Shown here: positions 1 through 10,550 of the stretch, in pieces
Layout of the letters: every line of letters begins with the position of its first letter
Position numbering within the stretch: the first letter of the stretch is position 1
NCBI GenBank assembly: GCA_037447605.1
Contig: CM074806.1
Span: 3,162,001-3,226,000 of the forward strand
Direction: 5' to 3'
Origin: Zygnema circumcarinatum SAG 698-1b
Lineage: Eukaryota > Plantae > Zygnematophyceae
Length of the DNA: 64,000 bases
Program-made: the position numbers and the translations under genes
Notes under the pieces: generated by a model
The model's database searches: none
Told to the model about the DNA's origin: nothing
Seen by the model: only the letters and a program-made list of their open reading frames with translations

Positions 1-238
1 TGTTCCTCTACTATGATGCTCTCTTCCATCTTTAGATACCTTACCATTCATACAAACGAAGGGTGAATAACAATATATATAGGAGTTGTGACAAGTCTTT
101 TGTCCCTCGTTTCTTGTTCCTAAATAATTATTCCACCGTTAAGAAACGGGGATTAGATGAATGGTAACGGGGACTCCTAGGGACTTCTGATGGTTCCTAC
201 CTGACTGAACGTTCCTTTGCTTCTGAACTGTCCTTCAG

Positions 239-755
239 GAAAACTCTATCGAAGGGGGGCAGCGAGTGATGTGTGTTGAACTCGTCGGTGATCGATTCTT
301 GCGAAGGGTTCGTTCCATTTCTCGTCACCTATGAAAACCTACCTATGACCTACCTACCTATGACCGACCTACCTACCTATGAAAAGACGTCATTGATGCA
401 TTCATCCTGCAAGAGGAGAGCATAGATTTTTTAAAGAAATATTCGTCTCAGTTGGTGTATACATTGCTGCAGCATGCATGAAGTGACATATAAACATGCT
501 GTGCCGTTACCCTTCCATGGCTTCCAGATGGTACGCATTCTGGTGGCCACGGCTGTGCGGGAAGCCGCTGCAGGAGGGGGAGCAGACGCCCTGAGGGACC
601 TGATGGCGACAGGGGACAGGAGGGCCACCGCTCCGCCTGCGCCTCCCCAGGGCCTCTGCTTGGCAAGAGTTGGCTATTCTCCCACGCTTCCAGAAGCATT
701 TTCAGGACAAAGATCCAACAAGTTTGGCAAGTTTGATTTAGCAAACGAAATCTAA
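239..755 (+). CDS. truA: TruA-family tRNA pseudouridine synthase, last two exons (5' part lies upstream of the window)
   Basis: Exons 239-307 (ENSIEGGQRVMCVELVGDRFLRR) and 528-755 (MVRILVATAVREAA...APPAPPQGLCLARVGY...stop) join in phase 0 with AG/GT boundaries. They give the TruA C-terminal motifs FLRRMVR and APPQGL.L..V.Y. Confidence 0.85.
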
Positions 756-1599
756 AATAGGTATTTTTTTTTTTTTTTTTTTACCAGCAACCCACCTTGT
801 GCTGTAATCAGGCATTTTACCCGCTAAGGAGATAACTTGGCGCACAGTGCACCGAGCAGCCAAGGCAGTTGCTTGCTCACTGTTCTGTTCGTAACATTAT
901 GAAATGTAATTGTGATGCTGCAAGCTTTTGGGGAAATAGTTTGACCTCCAAACGGCTCGTTGCATGGAGTTCTGATAGCCAGAGAGAGGCAGTTGCATGT
1001 CATCTGATGTGGAAGTCTCTGCCTCGTTAATTGCTAAAGATGTTTACAGCGTCATAAAGAAGAAAGTTTCCTTGCTTGATAAGGTCGACTATACACGTGA
1101 TTTCAGAGCAAATAACAAAGTCTCGCGGCGCGGGCCGCAAGTTAGAAGAAGCCATAGCAATACCACAAATTCCATATACTTAAATTCATACAGTGCACAG
1201 ACTTGAGTTTCCCTATACAACCAGAGGAACAGCTGTGCGCTTGAGAAACTGGGGTTCCTGCTGCTGCTGCTGCTCTAAGGCCTGAGAACAAAGCTCCTCA
1301 CAAAAGCTCTCCCCTCTCCTACAAGGGAGATGGAGCCTACCGTTTGCATGTGTACTATTATCTACCCTCGCTATAGCTAATACCTTGGGGGATCGACTGA
1401 CCAACCGCATGCTGTCACCTTTCAAAAAATCAAGTACAACGAAGCTACGAAGAGCTACGAAGTTCCCTTGAAAAGCCTATCCCTAAACTATCTCCTACCG
1501 GTCATCTGGGCACTTTCAGCATCAAGTAATTTTTCTCTGTACATTGCTCGAAGGTGAGGTCGTCCATGGGAGCCATGGACGGTGGCAGGTGGCAGTCCG

Positions 1600-2572
1600 T
1601 CAGAGCGTGGTCGAGCAGGAGACGTAGAGGTCGTTGCCCTCCGGCATGTCGGGGGTGTAGCCCGTGAGGACGCTGACCATCTGGCACTTGGCGTCGTCTG
1701 AGATGGGGGCCACCTTGCCGTCCTCCCAGAGCGTGGCCACGCAGCGGTCCGAGTTGGCGGTGCAGGCGGCCACGCAGCTCTCCGCGCTGTCCGCGAAGTA
1801 CGCGTCCCACACTCCCACAGGGAACGTCGCCAAGTGCAACTCGTAGCCCGCGATCACCGCGCCGCACCCGGCTGCACTCACACACGGGGGAAGGGGGGGG
1901 TCAGGCAGGAGCTGGAAGCATGCCGTGGGGTAAATACAGCTGCTAACATCAAGGCCAATTGCATTCATTCAACTCGAGTGGCCAGGGCTATGGAAGTGGA
2001 AGGGGTGGAGGGGTAAAGGCGCACTGTTGCAGGGCGTGTAGAGGTCGACGCCGTCCGGCATGCCGGGGACGAAGCCGGTGAGCTCGCTGACGAACTGGCA
2101 CTTGGCGTCGTCGGAGTACGGCAGCACCTTGGCGTCCTCCCAAAGAGTGGCCACGCAGCGCGCGGAGTTGGCGGCGCAGGCGGCGGCACACGCGGCCGCG
2201 CTGTCGGCGAAGTACGACTCCCACTTGCCCTTGGGGAACGTGTTGCTGTGCTTCTCCCACCCGGCGATGCTCGCTCCGCAGGCAGCTGGCAGAGGAGACA
2301 GCCCAGACCGCGCGCCGTCAGTACCCCATCCGCCATTCTGGTCACGCAGGAGCCATGGCCCCGCTGAGCTGGCAATGCAGGGATGGCAAAGGGCAGGGCA
2401 AGAGAGGGCACGCACTCAAGTTGGTGACAAAGCTGGAGGCGGGAGCTGCGTCGGGGTTGACGTCCACGGAGGCGGCCGAGAGGGTGCCTGTCGACAGCTT
2501 GCGGGGGGCGGCCATGGCCACACCGGCGCAGGCGAAGGCCAGAACGGCCAGAAGCACGAGTGAGCGAGCCAT
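1600..2572 (-). CDS. Secreted protein with two tandem six-Cys PAN/apple-like domains, left copy (229 aa)
   Basis: Exons 2416-2572, 2025-2285 and 1600-1871, GT-AG introns, both phase 1. Signal peptide MARSLVLLAVLAFACAGVAMA. Each repeat has Cys spacing C-x29-C-x3-C-x6-C-x18-C-x22-C. Confidence 0.9.
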
Positions 2573-3190
2573 GGCGGCCTGGCGGGGGCTGGCTGCGGAG
2601 GAGGAAAGGATGCGAGGGGAGGCGGAGGCGGAGGGAGGCGCTGAGGGCTTGGCCGAGAGGGGTCGCGGCGCGGCCCTTATGGCCGCGGGGGGAGGCGCGG
2701 AGGCTGCCACGTGGCGCGCAGTCCGGCGGTCCGCGGTCTGCGGGGCGGGCTGCCACGTGGCGCCTCCGATTGGCGCGCTCATCTCTCGGCGGCGCCGTCT
2801 CGACCGTCCGATGAGCGCACGAGGGCGAACGGGGAAGGGTGACGTCAGCGTTAAAATACGGCACCAATCAGTTGAAGCGGTTCGAGATTGACGTCAGACC
2901 ACTCGTGACGAAAGGCATTCAGATCGACGGTCAGGATGCAGCGGCGGTGTACGGACGTGGACGGTGTACGGCGGCGGTGGACGGTCGACCGTTGCCACGT
3001 TGCCGCGCGGCGGCGGTCATATAAAGACAGCGCTGCGGCACCCTCAAACGTCATCCCCGCCTCGCTCCTTCTCCCTCTCCCTCTCACTCCCCCTCTCTCC
3101 TGCCGCATCCGCTGCCCGTCTGCTCTTTCTCGCTCGTCGCAGCCTTCAGAGCTTCACTCAACTCAGCGTGACATTCACCGACAGGCTTCC
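2573..3190. promoter_or_regulatory. Putative bidirectional promoter between the palindromic gene pair
   Basis: GCCACGTGGC at 2706-2715 and 2752-2761; TGACGTCA at 2840-2847 and 2889-2896; CCAAT near 2864 and ATTGG near 2769; TATAAA at 3020-3025 oriented towards the right gene. Confidence 0.6.
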
Positions 3191-4163
3191 ATGGCTCGCT
3201 CACTCGTGCTTCTGGCCGTTCTGGCCTTCGCCTGCGCCGGTGTGGCCATGGCCGCCCCCCGCAAGCTGTCGACAGGCACCCTCTCGGCCGCCTCCGTGGA
3301 CGTCAACCCCGACGCAGCTCCCGCCTCCAGCTTTGTCACCAACTTGAGTGCGTGCTCTCTCTTGACCTGCGCTTTGCCATCCCTGCATTGCCAGCTCAGC
3401 GGGGCCATGGCTCCTGCGTGATCAGAATGGCGGATGGGGTACTGACGGCGCGCGGTCTGGGCTGTCTCCTCTGCCAGCTGCCTGCGGAGCGAGCATCGCC
3501 GGGTGGGAGAAGCACAGCAACACGTTCCCCAAGGGCAAGTGGGAGTCGTACTTCGCCGACAGCGCGGCCGCGTGTGCCGCCGCCTGCGCCGCCAACTCCG
3601 CGCGCTGCGTGGCCACTCTTTGGGAGGACGCCAAGGTGCTGCCGTACTCCGACGACGCCAAGTGCCAGTTCGTCAGCGAGCTCACCGGCTTCGTCCCCGG
3701 CATGCCGGACGGCGTCGACCTCTACACGCCCTGCAACAGTGCGCCTTTACCCCTCCACCCCTTCCACTTCCATAGCCCTGGCCACTCGAGTTGAATGAAT
3801 GCAATTGGCCTTGATGTTAGCAGCTGTATTTACCCCACGGCATTCTTCCAGCTCCTGCCTGACCCCCCCCTTCCCCCGTGCGTGAGTGCAGCCGGGTGCG
3901 GCGCGGTGATCGCGGGCTACGAGTTGCACTTGGCGACGTTCCCTGTGGGAGTGTGGGAGGCGTACTTCGCGGACAGCGCGGAGAGCTGCGTGGCCGCCTG
4001 CACCGCCAACTCGGACCGCTGCGTGGCCACGCTCTGGGAGGACGGCAAGGTGGCCCCCATCTCAGACGACGCCAAGTGCCAGATGGTCAGCGTCCTCACG
4101 GGCTACACCCCCGACATGCCGGAGGGCAACGACCTCTACGTCTCCTGCTCGACCACGCTCTGA
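3191..4163 (+). CDS. Secreted protein with two tandem six-Cys PAN/apple-like domains, right copy (229 aa)
   Basis: Exons 3191-3347, 3478-3738 and 3892-4163 (690 nt, open frame, stop TGA). Differs from the left copy by one residue (WEAYF vs WDAYF). Confidence 0.9.
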
Positions 4164-7100
4164 CGGACTGCCACCTGCCACCGTCCATGGCCCCCATGGA
4201 CGACCTCACCTTCGAGCAATGTACAGAGAAAAATTACTTGTTGCTGAAAGTGCCCAGGTGGCCGGTAGGAGATAGTTTAGGGATAGGCTTTTCAAGGGAA
4301 CTTTGTAGCTCTTCGTAGCTTCGTTGCGCTCGATTTTTTGAAAGGTGACAGCATGCGGTTGGTCACTCGATCCCCTAATACATTAGCTTCAGTGAGGGTA
4401 GATGAAGGGCACATGCAAGCGGTAGGCTTGAGAGATGATTTAGTCCACAATATGGCCCTTGGCTTGTATAGCATATCAGGACCTAGTCGTCCGATGCCGT
4501 AGACATTCAGGAACATCTAATGTAATCATCCTGTATGAAAGGTTTTTTTCAAGGTTTTTTTATTTTCAAGATTTACATTCTGTCCCAGAATTTTCAAGAT
4601 CAAGTTGGGAAAAGGTAAGAAAAAGGAAAGGAGAAAAAGTAGTTGATATTTTGTTTCTGGTACACCGGGTTTGGCTGGTTGTTTTGACAGTAAAAGCTCC
4701 CTCTTCATGGTAATGCAGTACATTGATATGCGCTATAGGAAGTGTTTGTCAGCGGGGCCGAAGCGGCACGGCTCGACTTGGACAAAGCATCGCGCACAGC
4801 TGTTGACAACCAGCGAGGAAACGTACCCAGGATGCGAATTTAGTCAAAAGAAACAAAAGCATTGATAAGCGGTCATGGAAGTTTGGAGTACATTGTAGTG
4901 GTGATACCGAAACCAAGGCGTTTCAGACATGCTGACGTCGACATGTTGACTTAAGAAAGTGACGAAGAGGAGGCCCACTTTTATTGTTCACCCTGAGCTT
5001 CCCTACCAAGTCTATCGTAGTCTCTTTAGCGAAGTTGTCTCTATCGAGACATGCAGAGAGCATAGATATAGCCATTGCACGTCGACTGGACAGGCGTGTC
5101 GACTAAAGGACATCGTTGGGAATGAAGTTTGTGTTGCCTTTATATCTATGCTAGAGGATAGAAGCTCCTCGCCTTGCCATTCAGAATAGGCATTTGGGAG
5201 TGTGTTCCCTCCTGGCCGTAGAGCAGAGTGCACAGCTGCATCAGGCTTGAAGAGAAAATTGAAGCCGCAGGCAGCAATGCGCGAGACAGGCAAGAGTGTT
5301 CAGCAACGAAGTATATGCAGTTGGCCCTTTTACTTGTTGGTCTGTCTGCATGGGAGGATGCAGCATCTCCCACTACGAGCAGTCACATCACGAGCAGGTT
5401 GTTGAACAAGCAGCTGTCGAGGCAAACTGTGGGCGAGCTGGCTATGCGCAGAGACAAGTTGCACCAGAAGACTCAGGCTAACTCACGCAGACGCCTGAAG
5501 TGCATGCGAGAGAGGGGAGTGGAAAACGGGGAATAGGAGAGAGAGAGAGAGAGAGAGGCAGAATAAATGTTTGGGTGGGACGAGAGAGGTCAAAGACGAG
5601 CGAGAGTCACAGGCGTAGGGAGCAAGAGAGAGTTCATCTCTTCCCCCCCACAGTAAGAAGGGAAATCGAGAGCTCGCCCAATCCGTATTGCAAATCACAA
5701 GAAGTGAAGCTTCCCATGAAGTCAGCTCATCAGCTCACAGAGCTTCCACTTATGGTTTGCCAATTGAACAAGAGCAGCGGCCTATCGATGGCTGTGGTTG
5801 ACAGAGACGGGCGGTAAACCACATGGAACATCACTGACTCCTTATGGCAGCAATATCCAACAGATACACTTCTCATTCGGAAAGCCCTCATACCTATTTC
5901 CCCAATGCTCCAACAAAGTAGCCTCAGTCCATTCACAGCATCACTACATTTCTCTCTATCTCACGTGAGCATCAACCGCATCCACCAGCCATTTTTTATG
6001 GCACCGGCATCACCTCCCCCCTGAAATAAACAATCACACAATGTGGTCTCTATAGCAATCTATGACAACCTAGTCAGCATACCATCCCAGCCAAACCTAC
6101 CTACGATATCCTTACTCCCCAGTACCTTTCCATGCATGAACAAGGAAGTTTCAGTTAGAGAAACCCTAACTGAGACTAAGAAGAACCCCTCACTGCATCC
6201 CTGTCACACGCCTGCCAGCGCTGGTCCTACATGCATCCAGGAACTCGTTAGCCAGGGGAGCAGGAATTGAAGCCTTGCCCGGAATGGACCTGAAAAGGCA
6301 CCAATGACTTCTATTATGGAAAGCAATAAGACTTATGCAGTTCAAAAGGGTACAGCTTCCTCCGCCTACTAGACTCCTCAAACGAAATCATCAATGCCCA
6401 GCGCCCTAATGAGTTAGAATTTCCTTGCCTGACAAATGGCAACTAGCCGTAAACAAACAAAAATTGGAATATAGAACTGGAGTGGTCACTAACGGACGGC
6501 AGTTCAACGCATCTGAACCGCAGCACCGGTTTTCACATAGAGACTACGAGTAAGTCTACTGAAGGTGCAAATATTTAAGGTCAGTGCAGGCGCAAAGAAC
6601 CGGAGGTAAAAGTGGTGTGCATATTTCTGGAACACTAAAAAGCCACATGTACTGGGGCAGGGCAGCAAGGCGGCAACCAGCTTGCCTCGTGCAAAAACAG
6701 CTTAAAACTCAACTCAACTTGGCCCTGACTATGCTCAGGATGGCAGTTTTTCCCCTCCAAGAACCAAACACCATATAATTCAGTACCAAGCCGCACGTTC
6801 TCCTCCTAGAACATAAGCAGTGAGTAAAGTTGACGACTAAAGTTTTCTGATTAGCTCAAGACTTGAAGATATCAGAAAAGCGTTAATTTTAGTACAGTAG
6901 CGTAATTTTCCCAAGCCACAGTAGTCTGTGGTTCATGGCGATAGTTAGTCGCAAGTAAATTCACATTCTTGTCCAAATGACAAGGAGTAAATAGCATCTA
7001 CAGTGCAAAAATTAACGCCCCCACAGCCCTATATAATTAAAAAAACCAAATAACCCACAACAGCTCCACAGAAACGGTGCATAACAATTCAACTGTGGAG

Positions 7101-8166
7101 TTTGGGGATTGGTGATTGTTGTACCATACGCCTTTCCTAACAGACCAAATCTTCGTCTAACAAAACCCTGCCGCTAGGTTTCCCTTGGAAAAGGAAACGT
7201 CAGCGACTGCAGTGTGACCGTTGACCACCATCAAAACTCCCACCTTTACCTTATCTACCTAATGCAAGGTTACACCCTTCACTCTTCTAATAAAAAATCT
7301 CGGCAAAAGAGTCAATCCCATCCTCTTGGCAGACCCTCTGTTTGCAGCCCCAATAAGAAACGTCATCATATTCGCAGCCAGATACTTGCCATGTATCTGA
7401 ACTCACACTTCAAAGGCCATTCATTTCAAAGACTTTTAAATACACACAAACCTAACATGGACGAATGGCAAATGCAAATCTTAAAGGGAAAGCAAAAGGT
7501 AAAAAAACAGAAGAGAGCACAAGAATGTTATCCCTAAACTTTCAGTGATGCACATTTTGACTGCCAGTACCGCATTCAAGAATCAGCTCCCTATGGAACA
7601 CCTTCCGAGGAATCAGCTACCCTGTATACATACAAGCGGACGACCTTTGACTTGACCGCCAATGTCAGTTCAAATCGAAGTTGAAGGAGTCTCATTTGCA
7701 CTTTGACAGCCCAACAACATGGTCAACAAGAATCGATTAAAAGTCTGGCTCGCCATCACTTGTAGCGGTCTTCTCAAACTTACCACGAAATTTTGTTGGA
7801 TTCTGACCTTCATCATCATCACTACACTCACTGCATGCATATTGCACTCCATACCATAGCATAACTGCGCCCAGTATGACTGCCCTGAGCTGCCTGTCAA
7901 AACTAGGCTTGGAGCCCCCATAATCTCAATAATAGGGTATACTTTTCTGATTATTGCTTGCGCCAACATCTGTCTGCATTGTCATAACTCACATTTAGGA
8001 ACCCATTCTACAGGTTAAATCTGCTGAAACTTGAGAGACTTCAACCAATCGTATCCCATACCTAACCTTTCACCTGACTACGCTCTACAGATGACGAATA
8101 ACTATCACATTTTGAGCCATCAACTCGAAACACCAAGAGCCCCTCACCTGGTGAAAGGTTCTACCT

Positions 8167-8895
8167 TTAAACTGGCACGATCTCTCCATTTGTATTACCC
8201 TCCAGCCCGAGACTCTTCATCGCCTCTGCTGCTTTGTCCACGTCTCCTACCACACCCAGCACTACCTCCTCCTCGTCTTGCACTCGGCCCAGTTCTTCTA
8301 CTGCCAGCTCATAGCCTTGGTCAGCAGCCTTCTGCAACAATCCTTGCCCTTTGTCGCGGTCCTGCGTAATGCCTCTCCCGTACTTGTACATGAGACCGAG
8401 ATTGTACTGCCCTCCTGCGTCACCTTGCCCAGCAGACTTCTCAAACCATTCATGTGCTATCAAAAATTCTTGTGCCAAATGATACATCACGCCCAGATTG
8501 CACTGAGCTTCTGGGTGCCCATTCTCGGCTGCGATTCTGAACCACTTCACGGAAAGAGTCAAGTCCTTTGAAACTCCCTCGCCTGACTCGTAGGCAAGCC
8601 CTAAAGCATTTTGAGCCTCCGAGTTTCCCTGTGTCGCTGCCTTCAAGAACCACTCTGCCGCTTTCTCTAGGTCCTTCTCAACGCCGTCTCCATCTCTGTA
8701 GCACATGCCGAGCTCCATTTGGCCCGCAGCATCGCCCTGGTCAGCTGACATCCGCAGGTATTTGATACCGAGCTCCAGATTCTCCTCTACACCCTCCCCC
8801 GCCAAGTAGTACCCGCCAAGTCGCAACTGCGCATGTGCATCTCCACCATTTGCTGCCTCCGTCAGCTTTGCGATGGTTTTTGCTGAGGGAGCCAT
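8167..8895 (-). CDS. Sel1-like repeat (SLR/TPR) protein, 242 aa, single coding exon
   Basis: Five repeats of the type A/GQxxLGxxYxxGxGVxxDxxxAxxWxxxAAxQG; the fourth is shortened. A splice acceptor (ttttag) lies 3 nt before the ATG, so an upstream exon is likely. Confidence 0.9.
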   Translation of the reverse strand: MAPSAKTIAKLTEAANGGDAHAQLRLGGYYLAGEGVEENLELGIKYLRMSADQGDAAGQMELGMCYRDGDGVEKDLEKAAEWFLKAATQGNSEAQNALGLAYESGEGVSKDLTLSVKWFRIAAENGHPEAQCNLGVMYHLAQEFLIAHEWFEKSAGQGDAGGQYNLGLMYKYGRGITQDRDKGQGLLQKAADQGYELAVEELGRVQDEEEVVLGVVGDVDKAAEAMKSLGLEGNTNGEIVPV

Positions 8896-9739
8896 GACCT
8901 AAAATCGCCTAGACGATGGGCACAGTCTTCAAGACCCGTCGGTAAACTAACAAAATTATACACAGAAAGTTATGAGTATGTAATCCGCCGAAAGTTCAGG
9001 CCCACGCTGAAGGGCGATGCCTCAGCGACCTGCACAGCCCTGTGTTGACGCGTCAAACATCTTCAGCCCGCAATCCGAGTGATCCTTTCAGAACCCTCTT
9101 CCTTATCTCGGATTCTAGGCTTCCAAGTCCACCTCCGTCTCCTGCCACACGCGGAACACGAGCAGGAGCAGCAGCTGCGCGAGAGGGAGTAGCAGCTGCG
9201 CGAGAGGGAACAGCGGCCCCAACCCTAATCTCCCGAGGCCCCTCCCCCCTGCCAAGCCACTGCCCTGCCCTGCCCTGCCCTGCTCTGCTCTGCCCTCCCC
9301 TGCTCTGGCGGTGTAAGGAGCCGGGCGGAGGACCGTCCCTCTGCCCGCCCGCCCGCCTGCCAGATCCAGAGAGCGGGGGCACCGTGGCAGGCAGAGCGCA
9401 ATCTTTTGTGCCCGGGCAGGCGCCTGCCCTTGGCACGTGGCCCGCTTTAATTGGGTGCAGGGCCGGAGGATCGGCTCACATTGGCGCGGCAGCGCCTGCC
9501 CGCGGCCGTCGCCAGACTTCAAAATGTGCGGCGGCGAATGAGAGACAGATATCGCACGTGTCGAGGTGTAGGTTGATTTCTTAACTATGAAGCATGAGGT
9601 TGATTCAAGATCAACGCGGGCTGGTGGATCCAGCCCAGTATGAACAGGTTCAGCCGGGGTGCCAGCGACAATTAAGAGGCCCAAAACGACAAACGGATCG
9701 CAGGCACGTGGGAGGGGTCCAGCAAGGCCTGCCCAGCGG

Positions 9740-10400
9740 CGTTCCGTACAGGGTGCCGGCTGTACCGGTCGGCCTGCGCAGGGGTGTGGACCGTCGGATG
9801 ACGCATCGGACGGCCCGCGCGACTCTAAGCTCCCTCGCGCATGGAACGCGGCGTTCCGGAATTAATTGAAAGGCGGGATCCGTGCAGTCTGCCCCGTTTG
9901 TGTCCCGGCCTCCTCTCACTGCGGTCCCGGGCCGCAGCCAATGGTGCGCCGCTGCAGCACGTGCAGCCGAGCGCGGAGGGCCTCGATTCGTGCGGGCAGG
10001 CCCGGCCCCCGAGGGAGGGCACGAGGGAGGGACGCGGGAAAGAAGATTCCGGGACCTCAGGGGCGGCACTGTACGAACCTGTACGAAGCTGTACAAAGAG
10101 GTACGGCGGCTGAATTGCCCCGCGTCTACGTGTCGGTCGATGTCACAACTAAACATCAGGTCTCTGCAAACTCCAAAATAAGTACGATATTTAGAATTGA
10201 ATGTACGGGTTCTAGCGTCTTTCACAGCGGTCAGGGTTGGGAAGGGCTAAAACAACCCGTTGCACGGTTGTACATATAGGCCGTTGTGAGTAACTGTCAG
10301 TTCACTCAGCTGTGAACTGCAGCATGAATACCGTATTCTCGTCTGTACGGCTCTAGTACTGTACTGTCCTGTACTGTACAGTACCGTCCGGCACTGTACG
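9740..10400. promoter_or_regulatory. GTAC-rich intergenic region between the divergent Sel1 and TruA genes
   Basis: About 16 GTAC cores in ~650 bp, including four phased exactly 10 bp apart (10071, 10081, 10091, 10101) and seven in 10345-10399. Confidence 0.4.
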
Positions 10401-10550
10401 GTGTCGCGAGTGAAGGAGGAGAGTGAAGGGGCGCAGAGAGAGGGCGATGGCGGGTCGCCCCGGGCCGGCGGGCAGGCTCTCGCCGCAGCTATGGGGGCAG
10501 GGCTGTGGGTGGCTACCTCCCCATCTGCCTGCGATCATTTCAGCTCAAAT

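Larger units (their letters stand above)
1334..4428. repeat. Large inverted repeat (palindrome): arms ~1334-2575 and ~3188-4428, unique spacer ~0.6 kb
   Basis: Positions in the gene body map by x+y=5763 (2572/3191, 1600/4163). I count about 7 differences across 973 bp of gene body. Homology decays outward to about 1334/4428. Confidence 0.97.

Noticed and set aside
4500-8000. Short ORFs of 60-110 aa on both strands
   Set aside because: No recognisable motifs and no consistent exon chain could be built; treated as intergenic or UTR, though an unrecognised gene cannot be excluded.
9042-10279. Many overlapping 90-190 aa ORFs in GC-rich intergenic DNA (similar sets at 2342-3421, 22500-23572 and 55641-56965)
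   Set aside because: These are expected from high GC and repeat content in promoter and TE regions; some are antisense shadows of real exons.
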